Part shown: positions 14,589-26,900 of the stretch, piece by piece
Numbering within the stretch: the stretch's first letter is position 1
Layout of the letters: each line of letters opens with the position of its first letter
Origin: Psilocybe cubensis
Lineage: Eukaryota
Reading direction: 5' to 3'
Length of the DNA stretch: 64,000 nt
Assembly: GCA_017499595.2 (NCBI GenBank)
Contig: CM039009.1
Coordinates: 2,108,001-2,172,000, forward strand
The notes under the pieces: model-generated
Seen by the model: only the letters and a program-made list of their open reading frames with translations
What the model was told of the DNA's origin: nothing
Database searches by the model: none
Position numbers and translations under genes: made by a program

Positions 14589-15392
14589 ATGGAGGATGAA
14601 TACAACCGAATCATTTACTTCTCCTTCATGGACGCTCCTCAAAGTCTGTGTCCTGGCTACCAGCAGGTCGAATCATTTGGGCAGGATGATATATATGAGG
14701 ACGAAGAAGTTTTTTACGTTACACTGGATATGGGAAATGTGGAACCGACACTTGTTCCAAGTTCCACATCGTACAGATTAATCGTGCGTTCATAAGCACA
14801 TTGCTATGTTCTGCGATTTATAGTTTTCCAGGGTTTGGATACTCCAACGCCTTATATTCAACTTCAGGGTACCATTTTGAAGGGGAGACACGATTTGCTT
14901 CTAGGGACGGAAATGATATTTACTGATGATAAGGGTACGTGTACTTCGTCACGTCCTCTCTAATGTCACTCAAGTATCTGGACAGAAAGCCACGATTGGA
15001 ATACCAGATCGGTTGTACATGTTGGCAATACCGAACAACGCGTGGCATTTCAGGAAGTCACCCTGATTCCCAAAATACCTGCCACAGCCAACGAGGTGGC
15101 CAATATCAACATGGAACCCTCAACTGAGGAGCGTACTGCCCAGATCGATCGCATGACAGGTCTGTCTGGGCCTCCTCCTCGTGCTTCTCGATCTAGAAAG
15201 TCGACTGCAAGCGGAAAGGCTAGGAGTAAAGGGAAAGAAAAGGCCAAGGAGACTGCAACCAGTAGCTCGTATGCGACTCGGTCTTCGAAAGGCAAGGAAA
15301 AAGAGGTGGCCCCGCCGTTGGATGACATGCTTACTATGGATGCTACCCATGATGACGATGAAGATACTGACGATATGTACGTGGATGAATGA
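14589..15392 (+). CDS. TFIIIC triple-barrel subunit (TFIIIC_sub6 / GTF3C6 / Sfc7-like)
   Basis: EDEEVFYVTLDMG...YRLI|GLDTPTPYIQLQGTILKGRHDLLLGTEMIF is the pattern of this domain. 2 introns. The start could be 14589 or 14628. Confidence 0.7.
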
Positions 15393-15683
15393 GATCTCTC
15401 ACTCAAATCCCAAATGCACTTTCCACACCTGCGCCTCTCTGTCCTCAGCTGCTTTTCACAAATGGTCAGGACATCTAAACCCCAAAAAAACGGTGGGCTT
15501 GGGTGGGGTGGGGGGATTGTAACAAAATCCTTGTCGCAGGATAATTTGTGGCAAACTGATTGCATGGCAAACGTCTAGCACTTCATACGCGACTCGCATT
15601 CCTCAAAGAAATATTAAGGAGTGCCATGCCATTGGACAATAACCACAACCAACGACGATGATTCACCTTATGCATAAGTTTGC

Positions 15684-16378
15684 ATGCAAACAAGCATCTA
15701 CCATGACGATGTTGCTTTACAAAGTAAGCAGTTCAATCCACTTCTTCCTTCCTATACTGACGCCCCTCAAATGTGGGTAGCACTTCATAATACCCTACGC
15801 CGACTCCTTAGTTTGACAAACTGCTATCAAATTACCCAATGAGGGTCCTCGATCTTCCCCGGCCTTTTCCCTTCTTATGGAGACCAATCTTTCTGGACCG
15901 ATGGCCATATGTACAACCATATACACCTTCCAGTTGTATTTTCTAAATTTTAAATGCATTGGCACCTGGTTTAAACACCGTCAACTGCCAGCGCAACGGG
16001 GAAAATACAAATGGACCCAACGCCAACTCAGAATATTGATCGCATGTTTGGCAGTGGTGCATCCGGCCCCATTGTATGGGCGTCCCCGAACATGGATATC
16101 AACAGTATGGAGTTCAAGGGGAAATAATGCAAGTGTTTTGCTACCAGCCTTTTACGCGCGATTCTCTCTTCTAAATGAGCACAGGTCAGATCAATGGTTA
16201 CCAGTGGATGTCGTTTACCACGACGACTACGACACGAACACCAGGTATGTCGATGCATGAGAAAATCTACACATATGAGGCAAAGAACGGATGTTCCAGG
16301 TGTCCTGTTCAGTGCATGTCATCCTCGATAAATCAAGCAGGGCAATCCTCAGTCGTTTCAACCATGCCTCCATACTGA
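15684..16378 (+). pseudogene. Possible degraded intron-containing gene of unknown family
   Basis: Good intron-like segments (GTAAGC...CTGAC...TAG 15724-15780; GTATGT...CAG near 16245-16299). The plausible spliced frame is interrupted by TGA at 15840 and 16037. No recognisable domain. Confidence 0.25.
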
Positions 16379-16640
16379 TGGCGGAACCACAACTTAACGA
16401 AATGTGCACTATCTTTCACCCATTTGGAGCTCTCGGAGCATATGTCGCAGTGTTGTATCGACACGAAGGAGAGACACGGTGATCAGCGCGCCGTTTCTGA
16501 ACGAAATAAATTTGACTCCCACGATACTCATGATTTTTATGCTTCCATTACTACACTACAGCGGGGAGGACTCGGACTAGGAAAACAAGCGAAGTCTGTA
16601 CAAGTAAGTTATTAATAATCTCTACCCAGCGTTGATATCT

Positions 16641-19009
16641 TTAACGATGGAAAACATGAGGTATCGAATTTATGAACCGCATCTGGGCATCGCGGTAAGT
16701 GTCTGGGACGGCCTTGACGTCTCCACCTTGCAGCTGCAACACAGTCTAAACGCCAAATTATCTCTTCTCAGAGCCAAGTTTAGGCAGGGAAAAAAACCAA
16801 AATTGGCTTACAGGCTTGGAGACGGAATATTCCTCCCATTTTGGGCCTGCAATTGCAAAAGTGTGATTGATAAGTTCATCCATCTCGCCTTGATATTTGC
16901 AATGTCTATGGGTACTTACGGTTACTTCCTTTCCCATCGTTGGGATTGAGCGTAACTGCAAACGAGATCCAGTAGTCTTGCATCATGATTTGCAGAGCTT
17001 CTGCGGCCGCTGTACCATTCGTCACCCCAGTGATCACAAACGGGATCTCAGCACCATGAGTGACTACCGTATCGAGTCAGTGAACCATGAAACAGGGTCT
17101 CAGGATGGTTCGAACGTTATGTACCTGCAATTGATCCCGGAGCGACTGTCCTCGGATCCGGAGCGATTGGTGAAATTGCTGTGGGTTCTGTGAACTGGTA
17201 CCCATACACCGGGATCCCCTGCTCTCTCAGTGAAGTTGACATTGCGCGTCGTGGCGCTTGGAAAATCCAATCTCCCACTGCAAGATATTTGAATCATCAC
17301 CCGTTGGGTAAGGAAATAGAGTTACTCACGGATGGCTGCACCGCGCTTGTACTGGCTGCTCAACCCAAACGTTTGGTTACCTGTATTGAACGGTGAACCG
17401 AGTGCAGGAATGTCAGGGTAGAGGCGCAGTATCTGCTTCATTGCATTATTTAGCAATTTTTCTCCAAGCAGTGCGGGTTTGCAGAGATCAGTAAGCTGCT
17501 TGCTGATCTGCTCCGTCGAATTAACATGCTGGTCAATGAAGAAGGTCCCTGTGACACATTGCTATCAATCCATTAATGTGATGAGAAACAAGTGTTTGAT
17601 TCATACCTTCATCCAAGTTGGAACCCAGGATGACTGGAAGGCGTGCGGTGGGGATTAATTTCGTCGGTAAGTCTGGGAGTATACCTTGCGGTCCATCAAT
17701 AGTGGGGAAGTAGGTCAAGTCTGTTCGAACATCGGTGGTTGAGGCCGCGAAGCCTTGAAGAAGGGAAGCGGTGGTAACATTGCCGCGCAGGCAGTCGAAT
17801 GTGTTGGTGGAATTGGCCAACGAAGCGCACTCAGGTATGGCAGAAATGAAGCTCGTCCACCTGTCTTGATACCTCCCTGGGAGGAAGGAAGGCACAATAG
17901 GAGCAGATTGAGCTATCTAGCAATAAACAACAACGTTAGCTCGAGCATCGCAGCGACCTTTCAATGAATACCAACGGCTGCTCTGGCAAGACCCTTTATG
18001 TGCTTGCCTAAGAAATGAAGAGTGACAGAGTTTCCGCCGGCGCTTTCTCCAAAGATTGTGACCTAGATATTGAATTGTTAACCTTTAACATTTTTATGCG
18101 TACCTCTTATTATAGGAAACCCCACCTTTGATTTGTCGCCTCCAAAAATCTCAATGTTATTTTGGACCCATTTCAAGGCCGCGATTTGATCTTTGATTCC
18201 TAAGTTGAGCGACCCTTTCTTGGCAGCCTCTACGGTTGGAGGGAACCCAAGGGGCCCAAGTCGATAGTTCGCACTGACAACTATAATGGGAGTTCCCTAA
18301 ACATGAAATAAACTTATGTGATGCCATGGGATGTCATTCATCTGAGGAAATCTTACCCTGGTCATGCTTTGAGCGACAAGGCTGGTAGCATTGTATTTCA
18401 AAGTAGCACCGGCTGGGGAGAGATTATTACTACACGCGATATACTGCTATCATGCAAGGCTGCATCATACCTGAAAAGGCTCCTGAAATGTAACAAATCA
18501 ATAGACATTCATTGGAACAAAGACTTGTGGGCTTGCCTCCGTATATCCAAAATAAAATAGGAATCTTTGCGTTCGAAGTAACGTTGGTAGGTCTAAACAC
18601 ATTTAGCTGCAGGCAATCCTCGGAAACCAAAGCTTTAGGGAAGGCCTAGTAGTGAATTGAGTAAATGTCAGATACTAAGAAACTGTAATAAAGCGCAATG
18701 TACTGACCGTGTTGAGACAAGACGGACCGAACTTCGTGGCATTAAAAGTCGGGGTGTCGAGAACAGTAGCAAGTACAGGAGGCTTTAGGCGGAGTTCTCC
18801 AACTGGTGGTTGTGCAAATGGTATTCCTATTTTTACGTAGAATGAGCTGGCATATAACGATAAGTAGTGTGAGATGGGCGCTAACCGCCAAAAAATTCGA
18901 CGCCTGATTCTAAAAATGAGGCGCCGGTGATGACTGTGTTCCCAAGCTTGACCTGGGGCACAGCCAAAGTCGGAATAATCAAAGAGAAGATAGGTAGTAG
19001 AGAGAGCAT
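16641..19009 (-). CDS. Secreted type-B carboxylesterase/lipase (alpha/beta hydrolase), many introns
   Basis: Signal peptide [83 protein letters not shown], nucleophile motif GESAGG, GSNLDEG, catalytic His in THGAEI; stop TAA at 16641. Confidence 0.92.
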
Positions 19010-20731
19010 GGTTTATGAAGTAGAATTCACTGGACGTCTGGTTTATATATTAATTTTCAGTGCTGCGCCGTATAACTACCTTGCAGAGGGGTCCACTGGA
19101 TGCCCGAGCGTTGTAGGAATATCGAACGATAATTATTCTATATCCTATATGCCTCAGAGCAAGTAATACGATGCACTCTTGCTATTAAGGACCGGCTTTC
19201 GGTTGTAAAACGGGTTGAAATGCGAACGTCAAGGATTTGGGTCCAAAGCTGTGTAGTGCTGTGCAAATTTGCGAAATATGATGACAAAGTTGTGTATCTG
19301 CGCCGGCGTCAAGGCATGTGAGAGGTGGTTGTCTGTATATAGGGCTCAACGGTCCTAAAATGTGCTTTTTGGAATATCAGATATAACTGATCAGTTATGT
19401 TGGTTAGGGACCTCGGGACACCTGTTAGTCTGAATAGCAGCATTGTGATGAAATTCACTATTATTTCAACAAAATTTACATAGAATAAAATCTGTGCTCT
19501 TTGTATTAAGTGCTCAGATGCTCGCGTTTATGGATGGCGCATGTCGTCTGGCTCTGACTGCAGACTCCTGAGGACGTAGCCGACTGTCGCGGTGAGAGGC
19601 TAGAGCGGGCACCAACCCGGCAAGTCCCGAAGCATCTCCATCTGAGTTTCTGCCCGAATTGGACGATATTACAAGTTGGAGGATTCACAATAATATTCGT
19701 CTTGTTCTTTGATGATTATCACGTTTTACGACCTGAGAATGTACCGAGAACCAAAACGAAACGGAACTTATATATTAGCAAAGTGCCATTTAGCGATGAA
19801 ATTGTCATGGACGAGTTTTAGCGTCTAGCGCCGACAACAGTGGCCACGAGGTATCCAATGACCTTGGGCGTCAAAGTATGAATGACATTAGAGATAAAGA
19901 GTAGATTATCCAATCCAGGCAATGGTTTCTCAATGTCAATTCAAAGGCCGATAGGCCGATTTCTTATCTTGCCGCCCAAGATCATTTATGGTGAAAATAA
20001 CCAAGCAAGATAACACGTTCCATCACCCCGGCATGAGCTTGTTAAACTCCGGGATAAAAACGACTACATTTGACTGATAAATTGGTATGCATCCTCCGCG
20101 TTAAAGGCTCATATATTTTGAGTTGATCTTACACACGCCCTCATATTAGAACATGCAATAATATACCACCACTACCCGTCACATGTAAGCAGTATTTTGA
20201 CAATTAACTTGAGGACGAAATCAATCCCATAAATCGGTTTCAGAAAACAGCTTTCTCCGGCCATATAACATCATAGAATTAGTGAGGGATCGAAATTCAA
20301 AAGAAAGCGCCTTACAAATGATGAGTGTAATGGCGCAAGAATGTGAAAGACGAGTTTTTTTGAATGATAAACAATTATGAAAACAAGTCACTAACGAATT
20401 CTTTGAACTTGGCCTTTAGGCCCTAAATATAAGCCATAAAAAATATTTTTTCCCGGTACGATCAAATCGTATTGCTCGATCTGCTGACGTGAAGCAAGTC
20501 AGGCAAACAAATGCATGGCAGATACATACTCCACCAGTAGTGTTGATAGAACTTCTCTCTGGACAAGAGTTACAACATAGTGGCTTTGGTGTTTACGTCG
20601 TTGAAGGATTTTATCAAACTCTTTGGTTCTAAAATTATCTCTCAGCCGGTCCGCCACCGTCGGTTTATACTTTGTACAGAAGGCGAGCAGACCAACACGG
20701 CATGCCGAATGATTGAACCGAAGTAGCTTAT

Positions 20732-20791
20732 CTTGCAGTCATGTCCAGTCATAATCGAAATTAACAGTGACTGGACATTGCGAACTGCAAG
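20732..20791. repeat. 60-nt imperfect inverted repeat (stem-loop)
   Basis: CTTGCAGT/ACTGCAAG (8 bp) plus ATGTCCAGTCA/TGACTGGACAT (11 bp) around a 16-nt loop. Confidence 0.7.
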
Positions 20792-21794
20792 GCAGTGGTC
20801 AGTGGATGCTAATGCGCTAATGCCTTATGGCGTGTCACTTGTGCATATCTGAAGACTGAACTTAATCGATAAGCTCAAATTGACACGGCCGGTGAACCAG
20901 GAATCTTTTATAGTACAGTACCCGTGTGGAGTCCAGCGATTGGTCTATTGTCGAAAATAGTAGTTATTGAAGCCAGTCATTGCACCTGGTGGGCAACACA
21001 CTTCTCGGGGGAGATTTAGTGAAGCAAAGGTGCACTGAGAAAAGCGGACTTTAATGGCCGCCTTTGGAAATTCGAGCACTTCTAGTTGCAGCCGCCCATC
21101 TGTGCTTGAATTTGGTCCGCTAAAGTCGTAATCGGTGGGGGCGTGCGCATCGACTTCCTGAAACGAGAAAATCCATTTACAGACTTGTTGGCCGATGATC
21201 CCGACGATGAGACGATAGCGGAAAATAACTAGTGTTTGACAGCAGGTCGCTAACTGGCAATGTCAGTACTACTCAGTCATGTAGGTGTTCGCGCCCAGCG
21301 TCACAATGGCGGATGGATACGATCTTTACTCTCTCGACGGACGAGTTTATTTAATTTGTTGTAGCAACGATCCTCGGATGACTTCCTCCTTGGCCGCATG
21401 CTGCCGCATGCAACTTATTTCGTTGCTCGGTGATTGGACAGAGTAATTAGACCTCCGACGAAATTGATAAACATAGAATGCTTTGCGGGCCGCAAAGCAT
21501 TCTATGTTCGGCGGCAACACTCGGCAGCCGGTTACTACTTTGTAAGCGACGATCAAGTTATTTTTCCCCAAGCGGTTTAGATACGAAATAAGGTACTTGA
21601 AGGGATGGTTTGCGTGCTGTTCGCTGTCCCTTCCCTTCTGCCCCTCCGTCCTGCGTGCAGGTAGCGTCCAGGTGGTTCTGTCCCTCCAGGAACTTCTTTT
21701 GCTCTAGAAATTCCTGGGGATTGGTGGCGTTTGTCTTTTATACTATCGGTTCTGCTTGATTGCATTCTACGCTATCCCACCCACCGTTCGCGAA

Positions 21795-23482
21795 ATGTTT
21801 TTCCCTCTAATTTCACTTGTTTCCTGTCTCGTCGCTCATGTCGCAGCGGTACCAACGCCTTCGTCCAATGTAGGGCACGATCATTCGCATAACGTTCGAC
21901 GAGCGCTCCCAGGCACTTGGTATCACGATGAAGACCATCCTGCACACAGCTTATTTAAACGCGCGCCGGGTGATGGTTCGACATATGCGACTGTGGGTAC
22001 TCCAGGTGCGAGAAGACTACTCAGTATACAAATACTCTTATTAATTCGTCAATAATTCGCGTCTTTCAGCCTGGTCAGCTGGATTCCCCCAGAGCTCCCC
22101 GGACCCGAATGCACTTCCAGCAGAATGGGTCAACGCTCTTAACGCCGCTGTGTCGGCTGGAAAAATTCCAAACATTCCACAGTCCTCGAATACCCCCGGG
22201 ACGAACCCAGTTTACCCAACGGGGTTCAATCCTAATGGTCCTGAAATTTGTTCCGCAACTGCAAAATGTCGAATTCCTGGCGATATTTGGGACGCGCCCG
22301 ATGGTCTTTTTGCAAGTTCTTTCGACGATGGACCTACGCCTGTTTGTTTTGCATTTATTCTGAACGTGCTTTTATCCTGAAACTTCACAATAGTCCACTC
22401 CTACCCTTGTCAATTTCCTGGGCTCAGTCAACCAGACCACAACGCACTTCATGATCGGTATCAATTTTCTGTATTACCCCAACCAGTTTTTGGCGGCTTT
22501 CAACGCGGGCCATGATATTGCGGTGCACACATGGACTCATCCATATATGACCACTCTCAGCAACCTGCAAATAGTTGGACAGGTGCGTCCGTGTTTAATA
22601 TTAACAATACTTTGTATACTTAACACGTTCTTATTAAACTAGCTCGGGTGGACAATGCAGATGATACATAACTCGACGGGTGGTCGTGTTCCAAAGTACT
22701 GGAGGCCACCATATGGCGATTCGGATGCGAGAGTGACCGCTATTGCTAAGGAGGTTTGTCATGTTATGAATTTGTTTTGGACATTGATTTACCTTACCGC
22801 TGTAATAGGTATTCGGCTTACAGACTATAATTTGGAATCACGAGTAAGTTTCAAAGCGTTCAGTTTGCACGAAGAAGGGCTAAAAATTATCTCATTAGCA
22901 CTGAAGATTGGAATAATGGAACGCCGCAGACAATTGGGGTCTCCATGACGGGCTTCTTAGCGTGTCAGTCTCATCACTAATTTACAATCAGTGTATAGTT
23001 GACTGACTAAGTTTGTAGCGCCGAAGAGTCCAGGTCTCATCATCCTGGAGCACGAGTTGACAGATAACACAGTCAATGGATTCATTGGAGCGTATCCTCA
23101 AATCCAGTCAACTGGGTGGAAATTCTCTTCTCTTGTTAAAGCCATAGGAGATGGGCGCACGTATCGAAATGCTCAGAATTCCCTCTCGAATGATGTTCAA
23201 CCAGATGGAATTCTAATCTCACCACCTTCCAATGTGACGACTTCGTCGTCGTCGTCGTCCTCATCTTCTTCTTCATCGTCGTCATCTTCGGGGTCATCTT
23301 CGTCATCAACAACGTCGTCTTCATCTAGCTCTACGACTTCCAGCGCGTCATCTGCCTCTAACCATGACAGTGGTTCAGACACTAAGTCATCATCAGCGCT
23401 CTCCGCCACATTTGTTCCCATCTCTACCCACATCACACTATTAATTCTATGTTTGACCAGCGCCCTCATTGTTGGATCATGA
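21795..23482 (+). CDS. Chitin deacetylase (CE4/NodB), secreted, Ser-rich stalk, probable GPI anchor
   Basis: Signal peptide; [22 protein letters not shown] and LEHE motifs; poly-Ser linker (TCG/TCT/TCA repeats about 23240-23345); hydrophobic C-terminal tail. Confidence 0.92.
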
Positions 23483-23982
23483 CAGTTCGGTGATGACACG
23501 ATAGACACATTTGTGTTTGCCTGTTGCCGTCGATTTGCTTTATGATCTCACGGACTTGTTGTTTGTATATACTCATCCAACGGACTTGTTGCTTTCTTAG
23601 GAGTCTCTCGTTATCTACTCACGGACCATCTACTACTATTGGAATTTTAGAACAGAAACTTGGGACACACCATTCGTTATCCTCCTTCAAACAACTTACA
23701 TCTTCCTACGTAAATATATTAGCTCCTCTTTTTTACTCTAACCGGATTAATAGTTTTCGGTATGACTATATCACGATTTGCAATGCCATATCCTTTGTAC
23801 CTTTTGGAATTGAAATAGTTGGTTCTGGGCTGCCTGTCCAGCCGTGGTCTCGACTTGCTACGGTCAAAAATTCACAAGTGGATGATAATTGATCCATGAC
23901 TTTGGAAAAAGTACAGAATCACTGATTTAAACAGTAGTCCGAGTTCAAAAGGTTTACTGTATATCCACAAGTATATGCGATG

Positions 23983-26900
23983 CTAGTGAGCTTCACCTAT
24001 CATCATGTCATCATCTTGTCCTGGCAGTAATTTCTCTGGAAATACGATGTTGGCCGAAAGCTCCTCTTCACTGCATTCATATCGAATAACGTGTAGATAT
24101 TCCCTCAATTGGCCAATTTCTGGTCGGGCAGCTGGTTCCTTTGTCCAACATGAGAGAATGAGATTCCACAATTCGTCTGATAGAAGGGCTTCCGGTGGTC
24201 TCGCAGGTGTTCTACCTTTCATCACCTCCATGAGGACCTGCACGTCGAGTAGAATGTTCTCATACGGGATCCTTCCAGTTATTGTCTACCGCATAAATAT
24301 CAAATCTGGCATTGCTTGTCAGCCATTATGTGCGCAAGGACGCACCTGAAGCATGACGCCGCCGAGCGAATATATATCGCAATACTTGGTGACATCCGGG
24401 ACAGCAAGGCCAAAGTGCAACAGCTCGGGCGCTGCCCATCTCGGAGACCCGCCAACGGTAGAACTGATGAACGAGTTGTGTCGCACTTCGGCCATAGCGT
24501 TCGACAGGCCAAAGTCACTTAAATGTGCCCTGTCTTCGTCCATCAGTATGTTCCCCTGCGGGCATGATGCCAATGGATGGCGCTTAGAGTTGTGCGGTAA
24601 GAATACGTTGGAAAATGATTCGACCTACGGTTGTTAAATCGCCATGAATGACGGACTGCGAATGCACTTGACGTCTTTGGTCAATCAAGATGTTGTTATC
24701 TGAACTTTGAAAGCCAATTCCTTACAATAGGCTAGGCCCTCTATGACATCTGCCAACTTGAGAATTGTGAATGTCGGTAAGCAAGTAATCGAAAAAAGGC
24801 AGATTGTACGCACAATTTGCAACCGTTTTCGCAAGGTCAGCTCAAGAACCTTTTTGTTGAGATATTGGCTCAGGTTTCCATGTTCCATCCACGGGCAGAC
24901 CATCGCTAGGTAGGGTCCAAAGCCGGTGGTAGTCCCCAGCAATGGAACTACGTTAGGATGTCGCAACAAGGCCCATAGCCGGATCTCTCTTCTCAATCTC
25001 TAAAGCAGTTGATCGAATTGATTACCATTAAATTTTGTGATTAGCTCCCAATAGGAAAGGACAATAGTACCTTGTCTATCTTCCATTGATTCGAAGCAGT
25101 GTATGTATGAGACCGAATTACTTTGATTGCAACCTATCATAACCATCAGGGGAACCTTGTTCTCTGTATATAGAAAATATTCGAACCTTGATGCTCCTCC
25201 CTTTTCTCGTTAGCTTGCCTATATATACATCTGCGTAGCCGCCCCCATTCGACGGATATTCACTGTCTCGCTTTACGAGCCCCGTCAGATCCTCCGTTTT
25301 TGCATTAAAGAAAGTATTTGAGAAAGAAGTTTGTGCAGGGCCCGGCATTCGCGAGCGATGGATATGCTCAGGTACGGCCCATTTCGTTTCTACTCCAGTG
25401 GTTGCGCTGGTAGTCCATGTCGCTACGTTGTCCTCTTTCTCTGAGATATGATATACAGCAGCGCTGGTTTCGACGGGGGGCATTTGAGAATTTTGCAATA
25501 CGTCCGAAAGACCATGTAATGAGAGTCCAGTATTTTGATCAAGACTGAATTCAAGCTCTTCTGGGTCTACAGTTTTTAGCATCATCTGATTTTTGGGCCG
25601 CGGCGCAAAAAGTTTAGATTTAAGCACCGCTAAAGCGTCTAAAAATCGCTGCCCATTCTATAGCATAAAAACAAATTTGACGCCGTTCAAATGCTTGCAC
25701 ATATAGTCATAAAATGAAAGGCGCACCAGAGCAAGATTATGACGTTGTTGCTGGTTCATAGTAGTGTAATACTGGCGATGCCCTGGAATTTCTTCAAGGA
25801 CAAGCTTTGCTGCTTGGGCATACCGTACGAATGCGGATTCCAAGTCGCCGTTTGACGCGCTTTCCTCTGCATCTGCTTCCAATTGTCGTACAATTCCTAG
25901 ATAGCGCTTTAAGGACATGTTATGATCCCATTCGGAATCAGAAACCCTCTTTAAGAGGCTTTCCAACGACGATGGTTCGTTGTATGTCGCATTGGAATTA
26001 TAAGCGGGCATTCGTAATTCATATTGTTGTCCCAAGGCATCCTGGGAGGTGACAGTAGGAGTACGAGGTATCATCTCGGTGGTCATGTCTGAAGGAACAC
26101 GACGGCTACGGTTGCCGCCTCAAACATGGTCTAACTTTCTTGCAGATCGTCGAATCTGAGTCCGTTTTTGTTAATCGGGGTCCCTTCCTCGTGGCATAAC
26201 TCTCCGTTACCTTTGTGACACCTTTTATAGCTTTACAATCTCCGACACTGTACATGTTCTGCCGACCGCCGAGGCTATGAACAATCTAGTGCCATTACCG
26301 AAGTGTTACTGGCTGCTGGCACATGAGCCTGAGCAAAATTGAAGTTGAAGTTAGAGTACCAGAATTATTCTATCAGTTTAATATGTAGAGCTAAGTTTGT
26401 ATTATATGCATTATGGGAGGTCAGAGTAGACGATTCAAACGCAGAGGTGATTCTCCTCATCAGAAGCGTGGGAAGACGCAGAATCGCCTCTTGCTGACTC
26501 GCCTCTGAATCGTTGAAGCGGCTCCGGACGCGCTTCAACGATTCTGCATCTATGAATACAATAAATTACAATTTCCAATTAAAAGAAGCCACTGGGCTGT
26601 TAGTACGGCTGTGTTTTGCCATATTGGATAACGAGTCTGCTTTTCAGTTGCAGAGGTTACAAGTGAATTGACAAATTAGTAGTCCTGGCTCATGCTGCTA
26701 AGGCGTAATCGACACTCACTTCCGTTTGTTAAGACTCAAAATTAAATATTCCGTGTACGAGTCGAAGGTTTCCTCTTTTTCATCGTTCAACAACATGTCA
26801 AGGTTTCAATGTTTTTATTCGTTTTTTTTCGTTGCCTCAGCGGTTCGAACCTGACAATAGAAATGGAAACAAACCCCCAAGTTTATCAGAACACGAGGCA

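Noticed and set aside
12574-15392. TFIIIC subunit and RNA methyltransferase genes next to two tRNA genes as a functional cluster
   Set aside because: tRNA genes are dispersed in fungal genomes; adjacency alone is not evidence.
15877-16260. Homeodomain-like words (IGTWFKHRQ, KWTQRQLRIL)
   Set aside because: Order and spacing do not make a complete homeodomain, and intron signals favour a different frame.
23240-23345. TCG/TCT/TCA low-complexity array
   Set aside because: Simply encodes the Ser-rich stalk of the chitin deacetylase.
26838-26853. GGTTCGAACC B-box/T-arm-like motif in the transposon
   Set aside because: No A-box, acceptor stem or cloverleaf around it.
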